Positions 20,092 through 28,807 of a stretch of 64,000 nt of DNA are shown piece by piece. The DNA lies in the NCBI GenBank assembly GCA_964010765.1, contig CAXGMD010000004.1, forward strand, positions 1 through 64,000, in the 5' to 3' direction. How positions within the stretch are numbered: position 1 is the first letter of the stretch; each line of letters starts with the position of its first letter. The notes beneath the pieces were generated by a model, which was given only the letters and a program-made list of their open reading frames with translations, made no database searches and was not told the origin of the DNA. The translations under genes were made by a program, and so were the position numbers. This DNA comes from an uncultured bacterium. GTDB lineage: Bacteria; SAR324; NAC60-12.

Positions 20092-20446
20092 CTGAGAAGA
20101 GAATTTCGCTTTGGTAAAGTTGGGCAGGATTGGGAAGCCGCATCTGCATTTGGTTGAGAGCTACAGTCTCAAGGCGTTGGGGCCTGCTCAAATAATCAGC
20201 TTCTACCCTCAGCATCTCTAGTCGAACGATCATCTGCTGATGATCTTTTTCAAGACGTTGAACCTCGTAACTTTTTTGCAGGAAGTTCATCCACTGCCAG
20301 AGATAAACTAGACAACCGAAAGTAAGCAGGATGGCCAGCAAGACCATGGTACGAAAAGAACGGAGGGTTCCCCTTAGCAGAAGAGCCGGGTCATGCCAGA
20401 GGAGTTGTGTTTTGAGAATTTGAGATTTGCGGAGGAGAATCTTCAT
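20072..20446 (-). CDS. ftsL: Cell division protein FtsL
   Basis: One TM helix followed by a coiled coil ending 'LRVEADYLSRPQRLETVA...QMR.P'. Immediately upstream of ftsI. Confidence 0.8.
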   Translation of the reverse strand: MKILLRKSQILKTQLLWHDPALLLRGTLRSFRTMVLLAILLTFGCLVYLWQWMNFLQKSYEVQRLEKDHQQMIVRLEMLRVEADYLSRPQRLETVALNQMQMRLPNPAQLYQSEILFSDEVSHP

Positions 20447-20951
20447 GTCCGGGTGAATTTGTTTTTTGATGGAAGCTGGCTGAGTTGTAATCTCCGGACT
20501 TCCCTCCGGACTTGTGTATTAAGTGTACTGATTCAATGACCATGCCTTTGGTTACAGACTTACACATGTCGTACAGGGTCAGTGCAGCGACGCTAGCAGC
20601 CGTGAGCGCTTCCATCTCGACACCAGTTTTTCCAGTTGTCCGAACAGTTGCGGTCAGCACTGCAAGTCCATCGGCCAACTCAGTTTCGATCTCAACACCG
20701 GACAAGGGTAAAGGGTGGCACATGGGGATAATTTCTGATGCTTTTTTAGCCCCTTGAATACCCGCAATAATAGCAGTTTGAAAAACCGGTCCTTTGGATG
20801 TACTCCCTTCCTCTTTCAATAATTCAAACAATTCCTGACCCAGGCGGATAACAGCTTGGGCGACAGCCTTGCGTTCGGTGATTGCTTTGTGTGAGACATC
20901 AACCATTCGAGGATGCTCTCTGTTATCAAGATGAGTGAAGTCAGCACTCAT
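20391..20951 (-). CDS. moaC: Cyclic pyranopterin monophosphate synthase
   Basis: FTHLD...MVDVSHK, IPMCHP, TGVEMEALTA, LTLYDMCK, KSGGKSG. Confidence 0.96.
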   Translation of the reverse strand: MSADFTHLDNREHPRMVDVSHKAITERKAVAQAVIRLGQELFELLKEEGSTSKGPVFQTAIIAGIQGAKKASEIIPMCHPLPLSGVEIETELADGLAVLTATVRTTGKTGVEMEALTAASVAALTLYDMCKSVTKGMVIESVHLIHKSGGKSGDYNSASFHQKTNSPGHEDSPPQISNSQNTTPLA

Positions 20952-21666
20952 GACGTAGTTCCTCGGTTAAGGGTGTCCAAGTTTGATGTAGTAACACTTC
21001 TGAGGGGCGAAAGTCCGCCTTGTATTGCATTTTTTTCGAGTCAGGTACCCAATAGCCTAGATAGTGCCATTGTCGTTTGCAATGCTGGGCATATTCAATT
21101 TCATGCAGCAAAGAAAAAATTCCTAAGCGTCGATGTTGAGCGTTAGGCTCAAAGGCAAAGTAGACAGCGCTGGTAGAATTTTCGAGCCGATCAATCCAAC
21201 TAACCCCAAGTAGTTCATCCTCTAACCAGAATAAGATCATTTCTGAGGGAACTGGACTATCAATCAAAAACTCAATGAACTCTTCTCTGGAGGTGGGATT
21301 TCCACGTTGATGCCAATGTTCCTGATAGCGTCGGTATAATTCAAAGACATCTTCCCGGAAAACAACGGGTACGTGTTCAATTCGCAAATCTTGGTTCTTT
21401 CGCTGTGTTCGCTTTTGTGAGCGACTGGGCTGGAAGGAGGGAACATTTACTCGCAGTGGGATGCAGAGACGGCAATTCTCACAGGCTGGGTGGTAGATAG
21501 AGGTTCCACTTCTACGGAAGCCCTTGCCCAACAATGTTTCATAAGTTTCAATCGGAAGTTGGTCAGCATAAAAAGTGAGATTATCCCACTGACCAACGGC
21601 TCTATAGGGACAGGGACCATTATGAGTGTGATAGACTGTCCAAGAACTTGGTAGAAACTCTTCCAT
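20941..21666 (-). CDS. bpt: Bacterial ATE1-like aminoacyl-tRNA--protein transferase (Bpt)
   Basis: CPY, GFRRSG..Y.P.C..C..CIPLRV, SRSQKR, LG.FSLL.EI, YLGYWV..S.KMQYK..FRP.E. Confidence 0.9.
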   Translation of the reverse strand: MEEFLPSSWTVYHTHNGPCPYRAVGQWDNLTFYADQLPIETYETLLGKGFRRSGTSIYHPACENCRLCIPLRVNVPSFQPSRSQKRTQRKNQDLRIEHVPVVFREDVFELYRRYQEHWHQRGNPTSREEFIEFLIDSPVPSEMILFWLEDELLGVSWIDRLENSTSAVYFAFEPNAQHRRLGIFSLLHEIEYAQHCKRQWHYLGYWVPDSKKMQYKADFRPSEVLLHQTWTPLTEELRHEC

Positions 21667-21680
21667 CAATGCTGCTCAAA

Positions 21681-22655
21681 TCATTCGGGCAGGCCTGTGG
21701 CGATTACCGTTACAGAAACTTGATCTTCTGGGGTATCTGTCAAAGTGGCTCCCCAGATAAGATTCACATCATCATCAGCCAAATCTTCGAGTTGATTCAT
21801 CGCAGCGGTGATCTCCAGAGCTCCTGCATCTCGAGGGGCCACCAGATGAATCAGAATTCCTTTTGCGCCTTGGATATCTGTATCCTGCATCAAAGGGCTA
21901 TGGATAGCGCTATCGATGGCACGGAACATTCGATCTTTGCCAACACCTGTACCCTTACCAATGACTGCACGACCCATCCCTTCCATCACAGTCTGCATAT
22001 CAGCAAAATCAACGTTGATATCGCCTACTCCATTTAAAAGATCAGTAATTCCCTGAATCGCATGGACTAGTACTTCGTCCACCATGTGAAAGGCATCTTT
22101 GAAACTTGTAGATCGATCTGTGGCTTCCAGTAGGCGTTCATTTGGGATGACCAATAATGTATCGGTGTTCTCGCGAAGAGTTGCCACTCCCTGAAGTGCC
22201 GCTCTCATCCGGCGTTTCCCTTCAAATGAGAAAGGGAGCGTGACCACTCCAACGGTAAGAATTTTTTTTGATTTGGATATTCGGGCAATTATAGGAGCTG
22301 ATCCTGTGCCGGTTCCACCGCCCATTCCAGCGACAATAAAAGCCATATCGGCACCACTTAGCATCCGCTCAATTTCAGCAGCACTTTCTTCAGCAGCATG
22401 TGCGCCGATTTCTGGACGAGCCCCTGCACCCAACCCTCTTGTGAGCTCACGTCCAAGCTCCATCTTGATGGTTGCGTTTGAGTTGTTCAGTGCTTTCAGA
22501 TCAGTGTTGCAAGCAATGAGTTCGACATGCCGGATGCCCTCATCTGCCATTTTGCTAACAACGTTACCACCTCCTCCACCTGCGCCGATAATCTTGATTG
22601 TGGGAATGAATGCGTCTTGCTGGGGAATGGTAAAAGCTGGACCAGATGCTTCCAT
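21681..22655 (-). CDS. ftsZ: FtsZ (GTPase core only, no C-terminal tail)
   Basis: GAGGGGGN, NTD, GLGAGARP, GMGGGTGTG tubulin signature, PFSFEGKRR, T7 loop INVDFAD. Ends at VTVIATGLPE. Confidence 0.93.
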   Translation of the reverse strand: MEASGPAFTIPQQDAFIPTIKIIGAGGGGGNVVSKMADEGIRHVELIACNTDLKALNNSNATIKMELGRELTRGLGAGARPEIGAHAAEESAAEIERMLSGADMAFIVAGMGGGTGTGSAPIIARISKSKKILTVGVVTLPFSFEGKRRMRAALQGVATLRENTDTLLVIPNERLLEATDRSTSFKDAFHMVDEVLVHAIQGITDLLNGVGDINVDFADMQTVMEGMGRAVIGKGTGVGKDRMFRAIDSAIHSPLMQDTDIQGAKGILIHLVAPRDAGALEITAAMNQLEDLADDDVNLIWGATLTDTPEDQVSVTVIATGLPE

Positions 22656-22914
22656 GTTATCCTTGTGTCCTAGAGTGTGAAATCGTTCGTGAAAAGTTTA
22701 TTTTGTTCATGATCAAAATAACTATCAAACTTACATTTACCTTGTTTTTTTGTAGTGACCATCATTATCGTCAAATGTATTTTCTCCGAAAATGCAAATG
22801 AACAGACTAGGAGAATGAGTGATTCTGACGTAACGAAACAAGAGAGCCCAGATACTTTTGCAGCGTCAGACATGCCCAAGGACTCCGCTTTAATAGCAAC
22901 CAAAGGGAAGATTT

Positions 22915-24585
22915 ATGACGTTTCAAGAAATGGGACTGTCCGATGCAGTACTTCGTGCGTTGGAGGAAGCAGGTTTTTCTGAACCAACTCCAATTCAGGA
23001 GCAGGTAATACCCCTGCAAATCGGACATAATGACGTAATCGGCCAAGCCCAAACCGGTACCGGAAAAACGGCTGCCTTCGGAATTCCTCTGATCGAAAGA
23101 CTCACTCCTCGCCAGCGTGATGACGGCAAGCACACCACAGACGCTCTGATTTTAACCCCCACGCGGGAACTGGCCTCTCAGGTTTCCGAAGAACTCCGCA
23201 AGATTGGGCTTTATAAATCTTTATCCGTTGTCACCATTTATGGTGGAGTTTCCATCGAACAACAAGTCCGTACTCTTCGCCGCCGTACCAACATCATTGT
23301 TGGCACTCCAGGGCGTGTGCTTGATCATCTTTCCAGAGGAACGATTGATTTGAGTGGAGTTCGGCACTTTGTTTTGGATGAAGCCGATGAGATGTTAGAC
23401 ATGGGCTTTATCGAAGATATCCAGACGATCATGCAGAGTCTTCCTAAGAAAAGACAAATTCTACTTTTCTCTGCAACAATGTCTCCAGAAATTGATCGGA
23501 TTGCTGCCAAATACATGAGCCAGCCTTCAACTGTCTCAGTTTCGAGGTCCAATATCCTTGTCCCACGAATTTCCCAATGGCTTCACAAGGTAAAATACTG
23601 GGAACGTTTTGAAGGGCTTTGCAGAATCCTCAGCCATCATCAGCCTGAGTTGGCTTTGATTTTTTGCCAGACCAAGCGGGATGTGGATGAACTTTATAGA
23701 CAGCTGCACGAGCGAGGCTACAAAGTTGATGCATTACATGGTGACTACAGCCAAAACCAACGCGATCAAGTGATGCAAAAATTTCGCAATCATGAACTAG
23801 ACCTCCTGATTGCGACAGATTTGGCAGCTAGAGGGATTGATTCCAAACTTGATATGGTGGTCAATTACAACGTTCCAGAGAATCCGGAAACATATGTACA
23901 CCGCATCGGCCGAACTGGTCGAGCAGGTCGTGAAGGGTTGGCAATTAGTTTTGTTTCACCAGAAGACTACCGACAACTCTACGCAATTGAAAAATTGATC
24001 AAAACTCGTCTGCAGTACCGTGATTTGCCTACGCGCGAGGAACTCAAGTCTCACCGCCAGGATTTTCTACAAAAGCGCATAGATGATGGAATCAAGGATG
24101 TAGAAAGTGCGGATTACGTTGAACTTGCGGCCAAACTACTGGAAAGTGAATCACCACTAGAAATGTTAGCTGCAACACTGAGGGTTGCAGGTGACGCCCT
24201 GTCACCAAAAATCAGTGTTGATCGACAGCACGAATTGAATTCAGAAAATACTGGAGCAGAGTACGGAATGGTACGCTTCTTTCTGAGTGGGGGCAGAACG
24301 ATTGGACTAATGTGTGGTGATGTGGTGAGATTAGTAACTCACAACACAAAGATACCAGGGGCAGAAGTTGGGAAAATCACGCTACAGGATGATTTTTCCT
24401 TCGTGGAAGTCCCTGAATCATGGGCAAGGCATTTGCTTGACAGCTTGCCAAGCTTTCATTTTCGTGGTAGCGAAATCAGCGTAAAACCAGCTAGAGCTCG
24501 TGAGAAAGTAGCTCGTTTCCGTGATTTCCGTAACAACAATAATCAACGTTCCCGTCGCCCGCAACGGCGATACTCTAATGGATGA
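22915..24585 (+). CDS. deaD: DEAD-box RNA helicase with C-terminal DbpA-type RNA-binding domain
   Basis: Q motif, AQTGTGKT, PTRELA, DEAD, SAT, HRIGRTGRAG. C-terminal 'VGKI.L.DDFSFVEVP'. Confidence 0.92.
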   Translation: MTFQEMGLSDAVLRALEEAGFSEPTPIQEQVIPLQIGHNDVIGQAQTGTGKTAAFGIPLIERLTPRQRDDGKHTTDALILTPTRELASQVSEELRKIGLYKSLSVVTIYGGVSIEQQVRTLRRRTNIIVGTPGRVLDHLSRGTIDLSGVRHFVLDEADEMLDMGFIEDIQTIMQSLPKKRQILLFSATMSPEIDRIAAKYMSQPSTVSVSRSNILVPRISQWLHKVKYWERFEGLCRILSHHQPELALIFCQTKRDVDELYRQLHERGYKVDALHGDYSQNQRDQVMQKFRNHELDLLIATDLAARGIDSKLDMVVNYNVPENPETYVHRIGRTGRAGREGLAISFVSPEDYRQLYAIEKLIKTRLQYRDLPTREELKSHRQDFLQKRIDDGIKDVESADYVELAAKLLESESPLEMLAATLRVAGDALSPKISVDRQHELNSENTGAEYGMVRFFLSGGRTIGLMCGDVVRLVTHNTKIPGAEVGKITLQDDFSFVEVPESWARHLLDSLPSFHFRGSEISVKPARAREKVARFRDFRNNNNQRSRRPQRRYSNG

Positions 24586-24595
24586 ATGAGGTTCA

Positions 24596-24757
24596 ATGAT
24601 CGACGAGAAAATTTTCTATCTTTTTCTTTTCCCATGGATGCTTTTCATAGCTTCTATGCCGGCAGCCGTCTTGACTTTCCTGTTTAGTGGCCTTGCTGCA
24701 CAGCTCCTCAACTATCTACCTAACGGAGGGGTTCAGCAGGACAAGGTTCAAAGCTGA
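24596..24757 (+). CDS. Small (53 aa) predicted membrane protein, not in the ORF track
   Basis: GAGG RBS at 24588-24591, ATG 10 nt after the deaD stop. Translation MIDEKIFYLFLFPWMLFIASMPAAVLTFLFSGLAAQLLNYLPNGGVQQDKVQS. It fills the intergenic gap. Confidence 0.55.
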   Translation: MIDEKIFYLFLFPWMLFIASMPAAVLTFLFSGLAAQLLNYLPNGGVQQDKVQS

Positions 24758-24788
24758 AATTTGACATTGCACCTCAGCGAGAAAAAAC

Positions 24789-25187
24789 GTGAATAAATAC
24801 AGTGCACTGATCTCTGATTTTCTTCACAATTGTGGTGATGCAGACAAGGGGTTTGTGAATGACACAGAGTGGTGGATCGTCAATGGCTCTGTGAAGGTTC
24901 AGATTTTTCTGACTTCCCTCGAAGAAGACGCAGAGTTGATTGTGGCAGCCAACCTTTTCCGTTACGCACGATCAAACCCTGAGTTGAACGAATATGTCCT
25001 GAAATTAAATGGGACTTTTAAGCTCAAGGGTGTTTCTTTTGGGATTCGCAATAAACATCTTGTTCTGAACTTTGTTCGTCCAGTGCTGGGCCTAGATCCA
25101 GAAGAACTGGAGTGGATGATTGCCTGTATTGCAATCATCGCAGACGAATATGATGACTACCTGTTAAATGAGTTCAGTATTGCCTGA
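24789..25187 (+). CDS. YbjN / CesT-chaperone-like domain protein
   Basis: W....GS..V.I, 'LKLN', 'LDPEEL...I..IA..AD.YDD.L..EF' pattern. Small and acidic. Confidence 0.65.
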   Translation: MNKYSALISDFLHNCGDADKGFVNDTEWWIVNGSVKVQIFLTSLEEDAELIVAANLFRYARSNPELNEYVLKLNGTFKLKGVSFGIRNKHLVLNFVRPVLGLDPEELEWMIACIAIIADEYDDYLLNEFSIA

Positions 25188-26046
25188 GTCCTCTCCTGTG
25201 GGCAGTTTCATAAAATTCTATTTCATCGAAATTGCCCTGTGCTTGATAGCTCTTCCTCTCACGTTCGCAAAGATCCTTCAAAAAACGACAGCTAGTGTCT
25301 GGTGGCACGCTTTTTACCAGTTTTTCCGCAGTGTTCAGTGGGAATGTCTAAAAAAATCCCAGAATCTGAATTGGGAAATTTCGCTGCCATCCACATTATC
25401 ACGTGATCGCTCTTATCTTGTAATTTCAAACCAAGAAGGACCTCTGGTACCTCTCATTGTTAGAGGAGTTCTCGGTAGAAAAATCACACCGATTGTCACT
25501 CCACTTCGCCATAGGAAAATTCCAAATCTAGTGCTAGAATGGCGAGCCTGGCTAGATGAAGCACCAGTTTACCTGTATCTGCCAGCTGAGCGGCAAACTA
25601 ACGATCCACAGGCCACCCAAGAGCAGTTGGCAAAAGTAGGTGAAAAGTACAAAAATCTTCTTGAACAAACCCGTTCTCTGCTTCTATTGCCTGAAAAAGA
25701 TGCTTATAGGAGAGACGGACAACTATTGAGAAATTCTAAATTTCTTTATACTCCGAAGCCTGGTGAACTAATTCATGCTACGTTAATGCAGAATCAAACT
25801 TGGCATTCAATTTTGGATGTGACTTTTCATCAGGAAAAACCAGTACGCTTTGCTTGGCAATGGTTGCTTGGAGGAAGGCAAAATATATTGTTGTCGGTTC
25901 GTGAAATTCCATTGCCCAGTGCCCTACAGTCTTCTTCAGCAAATGACGTAAGAAGATGGCTGAGTCAATTCTGGAAGGAGAAAGCAGAATGGTTGGAAAC
26001 TTTGGTGAACACTGAACCGATTCGACATGATCTGGTGAACACTTAG
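25168..26046 (+). CDS. PlsC/YihG-like acyltransferase-fold protein with degenerate catalytic motif
   Basis: SYLVISN, LLLPE, LYTPKPG and ILDVT match the YihG-type layout, but NHxxxxD is replaced by NQEGPLV. Confidence 0.55.
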   Translation: MSSVLPESSPVGSFIKFYFIEIALCLIALPLTFAKILQKTTASVWWHAFYQFFRSVQWECLKKSQNLNWEISLPSTLSRDRSYLVISNQEGPLVPLIVRGVLGRKITPIVTPLRHRKIPNLVLEWRAWLDEAPVYLYLPAERQTNDPQATQEQLAKVGEKYKNLLEQTRSLLLLPEKDAYRRDGQLLRNSKFLYTPKPGELIHATLMQNQTWHSILDVTFHQEKPVRFAWQWLLGGRQNILLSVREIPLPSALQSSSANDVRRWLSQFWKEKAEWLETLVNTEPIRHDLVNT

Positions 26047-26055
26047 GGAGAATCT

Positions 26056-26502
26056 ATGCGTTGGAAGATGATTTTGGGAACTGTAATCCTATCGGCAACT
26101 ATTAGTGGTTCTTTGTTTGCGCAAAACATTGTTGAATTGGGAGACGGCAAGACTCTGATTTTGAAATCCGATGGCACTTATGAAACCGTCAAAGTGGCAG
26201 CCACTGATCAGGGTGAGAAAGTCATTTTACGTCAGGATATGACTTATGAGTATCTTAAAAATAAGGAACTTTACCTCAAATCAGACGGTACATACGAGTA
26301 TCTTGCTGAGAAAGAATTTTCGCTAACTGATCAGCCAGCCCGAGACAATTTGATCAGTGAACTACGAGAACTATATTGCACTAAACGTCAGAAGGCCCTA
26401 TCTCCGCAGCAAAGATCAAGAATGATTAAGCTCACCATCGATATTCTGGAAGGCAACCAACCAGCCCTACTAGCTGAACTTCAAAACGGAAATTGTAACT
26501 GA
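26056..26502 (+). CDS. Exported hypothetical protein with three LxxDgTYE beta-hairpin repeats
   Basis: Signal peptide. Repeats LILKSDGTYE, VILRQDMTYE, LYLKSDGTYE. Confidence 0.7.
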   Translation: MRWKMILGTVILSATISGSLFAQNIVELGDGKTLILKSDGTYETVKVAATDQGEKVILRQDMTYEYLKNKELYLKSDGTYEYLAEKEFSLTDQPARDNLISELRELYCTKRQKALSPQQRSRMIKLTIDILEGNQPALLAELQNGNCN

Positions 26503-26535
26503 TAATCTGCCGCTTCATTTTTAGACCCACGCCTT

Positions 26536-27588
26536 GTGTTTAGCAATATTCTGCTAATTCGCTTTAGTTCATTGGGAGATTTGGTGTTGACGACTCCAAT
26601 CTATCGTGAACTCCGCAAAGTATATCCTGACTCCCGATTAACCCTTCTAACCTCAGAGGGATTTGGTCGAGTCCTGGAAAATAATCCACATCTTGACGAA
26701 ATCATCTACCATCATCGAAAAGAGACCCGTAACGATCTAAAAGAACTTATAAATCAACTTCGTCTGCAAAAATTCGATCTAATCTATGATATCCACAACT
26801 CTTTGCGAAGTCGTTGGATTGGTTGGCAACTGAAGCGTCATGCTCCAAAACCAGAACATTGGTTGATTGAGAAGCGAACGCTTGCTCGTGAACTTCAAAT
26901 TAGATTTCGCTGGGGGCAGTTTTTCAACGGAAAATCACAACGGGAACAGTGGCTTGAACCGTTACAACGCCATCACACTGGTACGCTGTCAACCAAGACA
27001 GAATTGTTTCCTAGCGTAGCAGATAAAAACTATGTTAAGGCTTGGCTGAACCAAAACGATTTGCAGGACAAGCCATTTATCTGCATTGGTGCTTCGGCCT
27101 CTTTTCCTCTCAAATGCTGGCCCTTACAGAATTTTAAGCAACTGGTTGAGAATATAATTCAGTCAGGAGTTTCAGTAGTATTGGTCGGTGCCAATGGGGA
27201 AATTGAAACAGAAGAATTGGCAGAGTATTTTAGGGGTTCCCAAAATGTTTTCTGCGCTGCAGGGATTTTTACTATTCTCCAATCAGCAGCACTTCTTGAA
27301 ATGGCCAATGCAGTGGTTGCTAACGACACTTCTATAATCCATCTTGCAGAAGCAATGAGGACGCCCTCTATCGCCCTATTTGGCCCTACCGTGAAAGAAT
27401 TTGGTTACGCTCCCATGTTAGCACAAAGCAGGTTAATCGAGACTGATTTGGCATTGCGCTGTCGTCCATGTTCCAGAACCGGGAAAGGCACATGTAAGAA
27501 CAGAGAACAGCAAATCTGTATGTATTCCATTTCAACTCAGAAAGTCTGGGATGCTGCTCAGTTACTGTTGCCAAAGGTAAGAGAGTAG
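26536..27588 (+). CDS. Glycosyltransferase family 9 (LPS heptosyltransferase-like)
   Basis: ILLIRFSSLGDLVLTTP, KCWP, NDT...HLAEA..TP.IALFGPT, CRPCS. Confidence 0.92.
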   Translation: MFSNILLIRFSSLGDLVLTTPIYRELRKVYPDSRLTLLTSEGFGRVLENNPHLDEIIYHHRKETRNDLKELINQLRLQKFDLIYDIHNSLRSRWIGWQLKRHAPKPEHWLIEKRTLARELQIRFRWGQFFNGKSQREQWLEPLQRHHTGTLSTKTELFPSVADKNYVKAWLNQNDLQDKPFICIGASASFPLKCWPLQNFKQLVENIIQSGVSVVLVGANGEIETEELAEYFRGSQNVFCAAGIFTILQSAALLEMANAVVANDTSIIHLAEAMRTPSIALFGPTVKEFGYAPMLAQSRLIETDLALRCRPCSRTGKGTCKNREQQICMYSISTQKVWDAAQLLLPKVRE

Positions 27589-27652
27589 TTCATGCTAATC
27601 TCTTTTGTTCATGACAATCTTACTACCTTTAAGTTTAAGATATTTATCAAAA

Positions 27653-28807
27653 ATGTATCGTAAATTTATACTTAGAAAAATCAGTTGGATCTTATTACTA
27701 ATTCTTTTGTCAGCATGCTCTGAGAAAACAAGCCTTCAGATTCTTCGGCCAGCTGAAATTGATACTTCAGATATTCAACGAATTGCCATCGGTATTTTTG
27801 AGGTTGGAGTTATTCAAGAAGATTTTGTTACGGAAAGAGGGGGGAATTGGTCGAAAAAATCAGCAAATCTGAATAGCGAAGAACGACAAATCCTGTCAAG
27901 GAATATTCGAGCTCGCATTACCAATCAATTGACCAAAGTCCCTTTTTTTGAGGTTCTACTGACTGACGAGTTTTATAGTCTTGAGAATGATGCAGCTCTA
28001 CAGCAAATGATCGCAACTCAAGGCTATGTAACTAAAGATGTGGATGCGGTCCTGAGTGGGAAGATTTGGCTGACATCAGAGCGACTGGATGGAGTCGATC
28101 TTCAGAAAATTTCGTTGAAATATTTTACACCTGCTAATTCACGACAAAAAATTCCAGCAGAAAAATTAACTGTTCAACAACTAGTCTGGTGGCCCTATAA
28201 ACAATTGAGTGGAAGTTTGATAGTGGAACTCAAGCTTGTGCGATTACAACCTACGGAAATTGTGGCTACGGATGTGGTGCACAGAAGATTTGCCCAGCGA
28301 GTGGGTGGAAGTCCAGGTGGAATTGTGGACCAAGCTGAAGAAGGAATGAGCTCACCCCAGGACTTTCTGGAAGATCAAGGTGATGATCAGTCCGTTACAA
28401 GAACTTCAGAGGTTTTGCCGCCATTATCTGTAATGGTGGGAGAAATGGTAGCTTCAGTGGGGGCTGATTTCGTGAGACGAGTTTCTGTAAGCCAATCAAC
28501 AGTGGAATATCCTGTCGCTGAAGACGGCGATGAACAAGCCCGACTTTTGATACTAGGGGGGGCATATGAGTCTGCTTTGCAGAGGCTTCAGGGGCAGACA
28601 GCTAATGATCCAAATTCAGAAGATCTCTACAATCTTGGTCTTTGTTTTGAGGCTCTTGGCGATTATGGATTAGCGCTTCTCAATTATCGTGCGGCTCACC
28701 AAATAGATCAAACAAACCTAATTTATGCCAAAGGAATTGGCAGAATCGAAAATTTACAGCGCCAATTTCCACAACTTCGTTCACAAATTCAGAGTAGAAA
28801 GCTTTAA
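27653..28807 (+). CDS. Lipoprotein with C-terminal TPR
   Basis: Lipobox LLSAC, 'LRPAEID', C-terminal YNLGLCFEALG TPR helix. Confidence 0.7.
   Translation: MYRKFILRKISWILLLILLSACSEKTSLQILRPAEIDTSDIQRIAIGIFEVGVIQEDFVTERGGNWSKKSANLNSEERQILSRNIRARITNQLTKVPFFEVLLTDEFYSLENDAALQQMIATQGYVTKDVDAVLSGKIWLTSERLDGVDLQKISLKYFTPANSRQKIPAEKLTVQQLVWWPYKQLSGSLIVELKLVRLQPTEIVATDVVHRRFAQRVGGSPGGIVDQAEEGMSSPQDFLEDQGDDQSVTRTSEVLPPLSVMVGEMVASVGADFVRRVSVSQSTVEYPVAEDGDEQARLLILGGAYESALQRLQGQTANDPNSEDLYNLGLCFEALGDYGLALLNYRAAHQIDQTNLIYAKGIGRIENLQRQFPQLRSQIQSRKL

Noticed and set aside
22240..22680. 146-aa Pro-rich ORF antisense to ftsZ (similar cases at 49758-50159 and 13300-13641)
   Set aside because: These are mirror frames produced by the codon pattern of the real gene, for example Gly codons read as Pro.
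24692..24740. Interrupted 15-bp hairpin as an ncRNA
   Set aside because: It relies on several G-U pairs and lies inside the better-supported 53-aa ORF.
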